Positions 8,564-16,273 of a stretch of 32,000 nucleotides of DNA are shown here, piece after piece. Numbering within the stretch: the first letter of the stretch is position 1; each line of letters begins with the position of its first letter. Source of the DNA: Microcystis aeruginosa NIES-843 (lineage in GTDB: Bacteria; Cyanobacteriota; Cyanobacteriia; Cyanobacteriales; Microcystaceae); NCBI RefSeq assembly GCF_000010625.1, contig NC_010296.1, positions 1,530,001-1,562,000 on the forward strand, written 5' to 3'. The notes under the pieces were generated by a model. It ran no database searches. It was not told the DNA's origin and worked only from the letters and a program-made list of their open reading frames with translations. The position numbers were made by a program, and so were the translations under genes.

Positions 8564-9649
8564 CTAGGCGGGATGGTAATAAAAAGCTACTGCCAAGATT
8601 AAATAGGTGGCTAGTAATAGGGTTCCATCTAACCAATTGGAACGACCAGTAAAGCTGATTAAATTAGTAACAATCACCGCTACAATCAAAGCCACCACGT
8701 TAAAGGGATTAAAATTTAAATCCATCGGCTGCTGCCAAAATTGACCGATAAAAACTAATAAAGGTGCCACGAATAAAGCCACCAATAAACTATCACCCAT
8801 AGCCACGGAAACCGTTAAATCCATCTGATTTTTTAGGGCTAATTGAGTGACGGTAACTATTCCAGAAACATCGCTAATTAAAGGGATGAAAATCACCCCG
8901 ATAAAGAGAGGAGTGAGATTAAATCCTTCCATCACCGATTCCACTACATCAACAAATAAATCCGACTCATAAGCTACAGCTACGGTGGAAGTAAGCAGCA
9001 CAAGTAACCAAATCCAGACTTGAGCTTTTTCTTCCTCACTAACCTGATTGTCAGGGGTATTTTCATTACTTAATCCCACTTCGTAGAGATAGCTATGGGT
9101 TTTGAGGGAAAATAATAAAGTTAACCCGTAAACTATTAATAAAACCGTGGCGGTGACTAGGGAAAGACTGAGAATATCGGCAACTTCCACCACGTTAGAA
9201 GTATATATTACCAAAGTTGGTAAAGCGATCGCTATTACTGCTAAAGTCATGGAAGAACCATTTACCCGCGCTAAAATCGGTTTAAATTCCTGCTCTTTGT
9301 AGCGAATTCCTCCCGTGAGCATTCCCATGCCCATAAATAATAATAAGTCGCTGAGAATACTACCGGTAATACTGGCTTGTACGATGTCCACCAAGCCTTT
9401 TTTTAGGGCAATTAAGGCAATAACTAAAGTGGTAGTATTGCCGAAGATAGCATTAACTAATCCTCCCAAAGTTGGCCCGGTGACTACGGCAACTCTTTCC
9501 ACGGCCGTACTTAACCAAATTGACAGGGGAATGATCGATAAAGCGGCAGTGATAAAAATAGCTTGATCTCCCCAATTAAGACGACTAGCGACCACCGATA
9601 GGGGAATAAATAATAGGAAAGCAAAGGAGACAATTTTTCTTAAATTCAT
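8564..9649 (-). CDS. CaCA/CAX-type cation:proton exchanger family membrane protein with divergent alpha-repeats
   Basis: Polytopic protein of about 11 TM segments with a central acidic loop (NENTPDNQVSEEEKAQ). GSILSDLLLFMGMG and LVNAIFGNTTTLVIALIALKKG align to the CAX signatures GSILSNLLLVLG and LLNATFGNATELIIAILAL. Confidence 0.75.
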   Translation of the reverse strand: MNLRKIVSFAFLLFIPLSVVASRLNWGDQAIFITAALSIIPLSIWLSTAVERVAVVTGPTLGGLVNAIFGNTTTLVIALIALKKGLVDIVQASITGSILSDLLLFMGMGMLTGGIRYKEQEFKPILARVNGSSMTLAVIAIALPTLVIYTSNVVEVADILSLSLVTATVLLIVYGLTLLFSLKTHSYLYEVGLSNENTPDNQVSEEEKAQVWIWLLVLLTSTVAVAYESDLFVDVVESVMEGFNLTPLFIGVIFIPLISDVSGIVTVTQLALKNQMDLTVSVAMGDSLLVALFVAPLLVFIGQFWQQPMDLNFNPFNVVALIVAVIVTNLISFTGRSNWLDGTLLLATYLILAVAFYYHPA

Positions 9650-10107
9650 GGGTTATTAATGGCGATTTCCCCCACCATTCCCGCTTCCGCATGACCCGGA
9701 ATAGTACAGATTAATTTATACTTACCGGTTTTGAGAGGAACTATTACCCATTCTGCCTGTGCATTAGGTTTTAATTCTAGTTCGTGAATCGCCCCTTTAA
9801 TCTCCACTTTTCCCGCTTCAACTTTCTGCGTCCAACTAGCATCGGCGAAGTCTTTAGCGGTAAAATAATGTTTAGTGGGACTGGGATTATCGAGAATTAA
9901 TTTGTATTTTTGTCCGGCAATAAAGTCTAATTGACTAGGAAAGAATTTTAATTCTCCTTGGCTGGAGCCTAGACTAATTTTAACTTCTAGAGGGGCGGCT
10001 CCGGCGCAGGCCGGAAAAGTCACTAACCAACAACTAATTAAAACTATTACTACTGCCACAAATTTTTGATAGATATCCTGGGCAGCGAAGTAGGGATTAG
10101 AATTCAT
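9646..10107 (-). CDS. Secreted cupredoxin (type-1 blue-copper-like) domain protein
   Basis: Has a signal-like N-terminus. Copper-ligand pattern: His in PTKHYFTAKD, plus CTIPGHAEAGM (Cys..His..Met). Its stop overlaps the downstream antiporter start by 4 nt (9646-9649). Confidence 0.7.
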   Translation of the reverse strand: MNSNPYFAAQDIYQKFVAVVIVLISCWLVTFPACAGAAPLEVKISLGSSQGELKFFPSQLDFIAGQKYKLILDNPSPTKHYFTAKDFADASWTQKVEAGKVEIKGAIHELELKPNAQAEWVIVPLKTGKYKLICTIPGHAEAGMVGEIAINNP

Positions 10108-10358
10108 TTTGCTCCTCCAGCTTATAATAGAGAAAATCTGGCGGCTTTTAAGTAGCTAGACACAATCAATTACACATATCTAACTACTTCTTGCCTTTTG
10201 CCTATCCTAACCAAGAAATTAATTTTGCACGACTACTTAGGATAATTTTACAACAAGTGGTGATTCTGACCGGCTCTCTTCCCTTCCATTCCCTAAAAGT
10301 CCCTTGGCCATGGTTAAAACCGCGGGACTTCTAGCCACTGTCAGTTAAATCGACAAAA

Positions 10359-10667
10359 CTAATCTAAGCTATCGGGAGAATGGGGATAAAGTTGTTCTGC
10401 TTCCGGACAATCTTCCGAGACATTAATATCAGGATTCGTCCGCGACACCGAGGCCAGTTTTCTGCTCACCGCACCAATACTTTCTAAACGCACCATTTCT
10501 TCCCAAGAACTAATTTCGTCTTCTTCTTCTGTTTCGTAGCGAATGGTGACGAGATCGCTTTCTAGATCGACAATACGAGCATTATCAATCCATCTTTGCT
10601 GATCGCGCAAGAAAATGCAGACTTCCTGACCATCCATACAGAATTGATAAATCTTGCGGTGTAACAT
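10359..10667 (-). CDS. Small hypothetical protein (102 aa) with an acidic middle region
   Basis: Clean ORF with backbone-like composition. I recognise no motifs. Confidence 0.45.
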   Translation of the reverse strand: MLHRKIYQFCMDGQEVCIFLRDQQRWIDNARIVDLESDLVTIRYETEEEDEISSWEEMVRLESIGAVSRKLASVSRTNPDINVSEDCPEAEQLYPHSPDSLD

Positions 10668-10981
10668 AAATTGCTCCTAAACAGCTTCTTTTGTTGAATT
10701 CAACTAACGGGAAGTGACAAAATGCCAATCTCAGCAATAGCTCAAAAATTCCCGCGGATAACACAAAAGGGAGAAAAATTCCGCTAGCAGTGGCAAGAAT
10801 GGGAAAGGAAAGTCAGGTTTCCGGTTTGGGGCTACGTTCTTCAAAGACATCGATTCGATTAATAGACGGCCTCGGCGATCACTAAAAAATCGCCCTTATA
10901 GAGTCATTGTGACATAAATTTTCACTTCCTAACAGTATTTCTGGATGGAATCGGCAATAAGGTTTAGGGATGAGGTTATGC

Positions 10982-11074
10982 CATTTTTCTTTATTCATGG
11001 CAGGCATTCTACACCCCTCTCGCGCCCCTCCAACCCCCCACATCGGGGTGGCAGGGGGGGTTGGGGGTGAGGGC
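10982..11074. repeat. Copy 1 of a repeat with a C-run/G-run palindromic core
   Basis: catttttctttattcatggcaggcat...ccccccacatcggggtggcagggggggttgggggtgagggc. An inverted, diverged copy lies at 24087-24186 (shared atgcctgcca[c/t]gaataaagaaaaatg plus the C-run/gatgt/G-run core). Confidence 0.7.
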
Positions 11075-11234
11075 AATTAACCATATCTGCCATTACTTTT
11101 GAAAAATGCTATCAGTATCGTCCCCTTTCCAACCCCGAAAAATAGCTATAGACGCTCTGTCATCTTGGCAAGTCATGGGCCATCGCTCGCCACTTGATTC
11201 CGTTGGCCGATAGATAGGGTTTGCTGAAAAAGTA

Positions 11235-11299
11235 GGGGCGAAGCATTCGGATAGAAAATCTCCGGTTTCAGCGATAGGTTATGCCAAATGCTTCGCCCC
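11235..11299. repeat. Hairpin repeat (13-bp perfect stem), MITE-like
   Basis: ggggcgaagcatt (11235-11247) pairs with aatgcttcgcccc (11287-11299). Confidence 0.6.
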
Positions 11300-11668
11300 G
11301 ACAGGACGCGATCGCCGCTCAAGATGCCAGGTTTTTGAGCCACTAGCTGGAAAATCTTGCAGCTGCTTGGCCAAACAGTCCCCCAAACCCCTTACCTCGT
11401 CTATATTTCACATTTATTCAGCCAACCCTAAATAAAAAATGGCTGTGAGCTCATAGCTACTTCAGGGTAGCACATCTTAAGGAGCCTTGACAAAATGAAC
11501 TTTATGTGAGTTGCTTACCCAGAGAGCGATTCAGGCATATTTGAGGAGAATTTGCCATCTCAATTGTTAATAGCGTTTGAGATGCGCTCACCTTGGGTTG
11601 GGGGGTGGGGAGACGATGCCAAATCTGGTTATAATTCACATTTACCAGAAACGCTATATTCATTTCAA

Positions 11669-12748
11669 TCATTCCGAAATAACTAAATAAACTTCTAATC
11701 CTTTTTGACTTTCTTTGTCAAATTTTAAGCCTATTTCAGAATCTTTTATCTCTCTTATTGGAATTCTTCGGCGAGGGGTATTTTTGCCATTTTTATTAAT
11801 TTGAATACTTTCAATAATAGCATTTTGACATATTTTTTTATTTTCACTGACTAAAAAAACTTTTTTACCAACTTCTAGTCTTTTATTGGGTTCCTGTGGC
11901 TCATCTGATATTTTGATAGCGCAAGCTTGTTGCTGTTGATACCAATTGACAACTTTACCGATCTTTTGAAGCTTTCCTATCTTTTTCTTCCTATCAACAA
12001 AGCAATAAAGAACTAATTCACTCATAGCTTGACATATAGCTTCGACAAAATCACATAATTGTAGTAACTCATTGGCATTAAGAACGGTATCTATTTCTTT
12101 ACCATGAGCAGAATTATTACGAAGTTCTATAAAATTCTTTAATTCATTTTCCACACTACCCCTACTATTATTGTCAATAAAATTCTTAACTTTTTTATGA
12201 TTTTCTATCCATTGCCAAGAATCAGTTGCAGATATGCCAGCATCGACTAAAAGTCTGGTTAATTGATCTTTTCTCAGATTAGCTTCATGTAACAAAAAAG
12301 CAGCTGATGTGAGATTATATTTAGTTGTATTTTTGTATTCAGTATCAAATAAATTTTTGATAATGTCCCTCTCTGAAAGAGAATCGAAGCGATTTCTTTT
12401 ATTTTCATTGCCCAGTAATGTAGCACAACCAGTCTGATGCTTATTTCTTACAGATTCAGGTAAATCTTGATAGCAACTATATAATTGAGGCAGCAAAATA
12501 ATCCAATCTCCCACTAGATTTTCGACAAAATTTTCGTAAAGAGCATATAACCTTGTGATAGATGAACAATGATCGTTAACTAGCCACTTGTCTCCTAAAG
12601 GAGCATTTGCTTGAAGATATTTTAAGTCTTCTGTGTTGAGTTGTGAAGGATTATCCGCAATAATTTCTCTAAGTTTTTCACTGATATTAATTATTGATCG
12701 AATGGTCTTTATCTCATCCTTTAGGTTATTTAAAAGTCCTTCAAACAT
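11669..12748 (-). CDS. HEPN-like (Rx4H) predicted RNase with a C-terminal beta-barrel-like extension
   Basis: FIELRNNSAHGKE contains the Rx4H motif (nt 12104-12121). The motif context is homologous to the interrupted gene at 4798-5436. ATG 12748 lies 2 nt after the upstream gene's TGA; the track's TTG 12754 would overlap it. Very AT-rich. Confidence 0.7.
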   Translation of the reverse strand: MFEGLLNNLKDEIKTIRSIINISEKLREIIADNPSQLNTEDLKYLQANAPLGDKWLVNDHCSSITRLYALYENFVENLVGDWIILLPQLYSCYQDLPESVRNKHQTGCATLLGNENKRNRFDSLSERDIIKNLFDTEYKNTTKYNLTSAAFLLHEANLRKDQLTRLLVDAGISATDSWQWIENHKKVKNFIDNNSRGSVENELKNFIELRNNSAHGKEIDTVLNANELLQLCDFVEAICQAMSELVLYCFVDRKKKIGKLQKIGKVVNWYQQQQACAIKISDEPQEPNKRLEVGKKVFLVSENKKICQNAIIESIQINKNGKNTPRRRIPIREIKDSEIGLKFDKESQKGLEVYLVISE

Positions 12749-12750
12749 TC

Positions 12751-13962
12751 TCAAATACTCTGCTTAAGAACTCGTTGAATCAGAGAATCAAAAATTTGAA
12801 TACGAGCTTTAAAATCATCTTTGGTATCCCCTTCTCCGGTGAAAAGTCCTTTTTTTAATTTTTTATCTTGATGAGTAATTCCCTGGGAATCTTGAGTAAA
12901 TAAGCTGATAGTTTCATCAATTATCGCTGATTTTCTAGTAATTAATTCTTGATAATCAGATAAATGGTTACTGAAACTAATCATCACCGCATCATAGTAA
13001 ACTTTATAAGCTTTCGATTTATGTGTTTTGGTTTTACTATCGAAAGGCTTAAATAACTGATCCTGATAAATGTTAGATACTAACTCTATAGTTTGGTTAA
13101 ATACTTGCTCGAACTCTTGGATATTCTCGTCGGAAAAATTAAGACTTTTTTTCATCATATAATTATCCAGATATTTAGATAAATTACCAGTATATTGATC
13201 AATATCCCTCAGGGCAAAAAAACGGAGGATTAATTCTACATCTTCCATCTTTTTATAAAATCCATTTTCTTTAAGTTCTTCTTTATCATCAATAGGAATA
13301 TCCCAAGCTTTAGCAAAAATAGTATTCTCAGAAAGCTTTAATAAAAGTTCATTGAATTTCCCAGAGTAAATACAGTTTCTTATTTCTTGGCGACTCAAAG
13401 ATACACCTCCTGTATTGAGGCGTTCAAAAACCAGTTGTTTTAAAGATAAAGCTTCCTCTGTATTCGATAGAGACTCGGTAATAACAACTATAGTTGAAAT
13501 GGCGCGTCGATTGATACCATCTTTGATTTTTGCAGGAAGACTTTCATAGGTTCTTCCTTCTAATTCAGGCCAGATATCTAACCCTGTTAATTTTAATTTG
13601 TTATTATAAAAATTCTCAATTGCTGTGATTCTTTGTTGACCATCCATTACTTCATAGGAGTTATAGGAAGTTTCATAGAGAATCAGAGGAGGTACGGGAA
13701 TATTCATCAAAAAAGATTCAATTAGTCTCGATTGTTTTTGTGCGTCCCAGCGATCCCGTCTCTGATAGAAAGGACGCTTTTTCACATAGTTAGGTTTATT
13801 TAAAGACTCAGCAAAACTAGGCAACTTTTCTCGATTCATTTCTAATAATATTCTTCGTTCACCTTGTTCATATTTTTCATTAATTTCATTATCTGATAAT
13901 TTTTTAACATCCTTTCGGGAACGTTTTTGCCAAGGATTTGTTTTAGTTTGTGAGATTGTCAT
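12751..13962 (-). CDS. DUF262 (ParB/Srx-fold NTPase-like) domain protein, paralogue of 3543-4784
   Basis: RPFYQRRDRWDAQKQSRLIESFLMNIPVPPLIL and VMDGQQRITAI. I prefer ATG 13962, which has a GGTGGGA Shine-Dalgarno-like sequence upstream; ATG 14010 is the alternative. No DUF1524/HNH-type motif is visible in the C-terminal half. Confidence 0.75.
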   Translation of the reverse strand: MTISQTKTNPWQKRSRKDVKKLSDNEINEKYEQGERRILLEMNREKLPSFAESLNKPNYVKKRPFYQRRDRWDAQKQSRLIESFLMNIPVPPLILYETSYNSYEVMDGQQRITAIENFYNNKLKLTGLDIWPELEGRTYESLPAKIKDGINRRAISTIVVITESLSNTEEALSLKQLVFERLNTGGVSLSRQEIRNCIYSGKFNELLLKLSENTIFAKAWDIPIDDKEELKENGFYKKMEDVELILRFFALRDIDQYTGNLSKYLDNYMMKKSLNFSDENIQEFEQVFNQTIELVSNIYQDQLFKPFDSKTKTHKSKAYKVYYDAVMISFSNHLSDYQELITRKSAIIDETISLFTQDSQGITHQDKKLKKGLFTGEGDTKDDFKARIQIFDSLIQRVLKQSI

Positions 13963-14102
13963 AATTTCCCACCAGAGGCGTACAAATTGAGATGACCGGA
14001 CTTCCCTCATTCATTTTTAAGCATAGACTGAGGATATATACGAGAATTAAGAGTTATTGGTAATCTTCCCAGATAACTCTCAAAAGTTAATTCTCTTCAA
14101 TT

Positions 14103-14139
14103 GGCAACTGGTCACTGATAACTGTTAACTGGTAACTGA
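14103..14139. repeat. STRR-type tandem heptamers (5 units)
   Basis: aactggt cactgat aactgtt aactggt aactgat, immediately downstream of the sir stop. Confidence 0.7.
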
Positions 14140-16077
14140 TTAGGATTTTTGGCTGAAATAGGCCTCTAGCGCCTCATTGATGATTTGATTCATCGGCCGT
14201 TTTTCCGTTTCCGAAGCTTCCTTGAGACGGACAAACATATCATCGGGGACGCTGACACGGTTTTGATTTTTACGCACGCGTTTGGGTTTTGATTCAGTGG
14301 TAGTAGTTTCGGTCATTTTAGGTGTGTAGGTGGCTGAAAATGCTTGTAAAGCAGGGAAATTGACTCGATGACAGAATTCTCCGAAGGTTTCGTTATTTTG
14401 TTGATCCTGTTGGAAGTAAACGAAAATCGGTTCTAAGACCTTTTCTAGATCATCGATCGCCATTTTATCCAAATAGGGGCGCGCTAGTCGAGTTTGATCG
14501 GCTGTTCCCCCCAACCAGAGTTGGTAGGAATTGGGAGCGCTACCCACAAATCCTAATTCTGCCATATAGGGACGCGCGCAGCCATTGGGACATCCTGTCA
14601 TGCGGATGACAAATTGCTCTTTGCTTAATCCTAAGCGATTAAGCAGGGCGCGAATGCGTTCAATCACCTGGGGTAAAATTCTTTCCGACTCAGTAATCGC
14701 TAATCCACAGGTGGGCCAAGCGGGACAGGCCATGGCATAACGGGTTAAAGGGTCAATTTCGGCGGGATCGGTGATAATTCCGTGTTCTTTCAGGATCGCC
14801 TCGATCGCTTGTTGATCCTGGGGTTCGATTTCGTAGAGAATGATATTATGGTTAGCCGTCAAGCGCATGGGCAACTGAAAACGCTCGATAATCACTTTTA
14901 AGGCGGTTTTTAGCTGAAAACTGCCTTCATTTTTGACCCGGCCATTCTCCACAGAAAGACCAAAAAATAATTTTCCGTCTCCCTGTTCATTCCATCCCAA
15001 AAAGTCTTGATATTCCCAATCGGGGAGGGGTTGGTAGGGGGCAATTTTTTGGCCGAAATAACCCTCAACAGTGCTGCGGAATTTCTCTACTCCCCATTCT
15101 TCGAGGATATATTTCATTCTCGCATGACGACGATCGCCGCGATCACCGTAATCCCTTTGGGTTGCCACGATCGCTTTTACCAGATCGTACACCTCTTCTT
15201 TGTCCACATAACCGATCGGATCGGCCATTCTGGGGAAAGTTTCCTCCTTATTGTGGGTTCTTCCCAGTCCACCCCCCGCAAGGACGTTAAAACCCTGTAA
15301 TTGACCGTTTGCGTCGGTAATCACCACCAAACCGATGTCATTGGTGTAGATATCGATGGAGTTGTCTCCCGGCACGGTGACACCCATCTTGAACTTACGG
15401 GGCATATAATGTTGACCGTAGATCGGTTCGATGGGATCGTTTTTGTTAATCCCATTTGTATCTTTTTGTCTCGCAGCCTTGACTTCTGGCGCTTCTTCTG
15501 CACTGATAACTTTTTCGCCATCGAGCCAAATTTCGTAGTAGGCTCCAGTTTGGGGAGTGAGCAAATCGGCGATATTATTGGCATATTCCCAAGCATAGCC
15601 GTATTCGGGGCGATTTTTGTAGGGGGCTGGCGGTGCGGTGACATTGCGGTTAACATCACCACAGGCCGCTAAAGTGGATCCCATACTGCGGATAATTTCC
15701 CCGAGGGTGGCTTTGAGATTTTTCTTTAAAATGCCGTGCAATTGGAAGCCTTGGCGGGTTGTCACCCGTAAAGTGCCGTTACCGTAGCGATCGGACAAAC
15801 TATCGAGGGTAAGATATAGTTGCGCGGGAATAAAACCCCCCGGACTGCGGGTACGCAACATCATTTGATAGTCTTTTTCTTGACCTTTGGCTCTATTGTC
15901 GCGATTATCCTGTTGATAGGAACCGTGAAACTTGAGGATCTGCACCGCCGCATCGGTAAAATGGGTTGTATCTTCGAGGAGTTCACTGGCCAAAGGTTCT
16001 CGTAGATAATTACTGCGTTCTTTGATACCTTCGACTTTAGAAACCTTGGCGGTAGGAGAAATAGGAGTTGTAACCAT
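14140..16077 (-). CDS. sir: Assimilatory sulfite reductase (ferredoxin)
   Basis: The N-terminus [17 protein letters not shown]...[14 protein letters not shown] matches plant/cyanobacterial SiR. The siroheme/4Fe-4S cysteine clusters are [11 protein letters not shown] and [11 protein letters not shown]. 645 aa, including a C-terminal tail described in the findings. Confidence 0.92.
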   Translation of the reverse strand: MVTTPISPTAKVSKVEGIKERSNYLREPLASELLEDTTHFTDAAVQILKFHGSYQQDNRDNRAKGQEKDYQMMLRTRSPGGFIPAQLYLTLDSLSDRYGNGTLRVTTRQGFQLHGILKKNLKATLGEIIRSMGSTLAACGDVNRNVTAPPAPYKNRPEYGYAWEYANNIADLLTPQTGAYYEIWLDGEKVISAEEAPEVKAARQKDTNGINKNDPIEPIYGQHYMPRKFKMGVTVPGDNSIDIYTNDIGLVVITDANGQLQGFNVLAGGGLGRTHNKEETFPRMADPIGYVDKEEVYDLVKAIVATQRDYGDRGDRRHARMKYILEEWGVEKFRSTVEGYFGQKIAPYQPLPDWEYQDFLGWNEQGDGKLFFGLSVENGRVKNEGSFQLKTALKVIIERFQLPMRLTANHNIILYEIEPQDQQAIEAILKEHGIITDPAEIDPLTRYAMACPAWPTCGLAITESERILPQVIERIRALLNRLGLSKEQFVIRMTGCPNGCARPYMAELGFVGSAPNSYQLWLGGTADQTRLARPYLDKMAIDDLEKVLEPIFVYFQQDQQNNETFGEFCHRVNFPALQAFSATYTPKMTETTTTESKPKRVRKNQNRVSVPDDMFVRLKEASETEKRPMNQIINEALEAYFSQKS

Positions 16078-16273
16078 CGTCTAACAGCACGATAACCTGT
16101 GGATAGGTCTTAGGAATAGGAATTTAGACAAGCTCGATCGATCCTAAGAAGTTTTACTAACATGATCTCTAGAGTTCGTTCCAGACTCTGAGGTTAACAG
16201 TAGCGATCGAGACATCAATTCTATCTTAGCTTCTTACTGTCCCCCGCGAACGCCATCTACCGATCAACTTTTT

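Noticed and set aside
10882-11076. 64-aa ORF (MPSPPTPPATPMWGVGG...) as a gene
   Set aside because: It is a translation of the C-run/G-run repeat. The same applies to ORF 23979-24197 (…PPPLPPPTSGGSGGQGGGG…) over the related repeat copy.
15007-15672. ORFs of 97, 123 and 113 aa overlapping sir
   Set aside because: They lie entirely within or antisense to the well-supported sulfite reductase gene, have no motifs, and are typical shadow ORFs.
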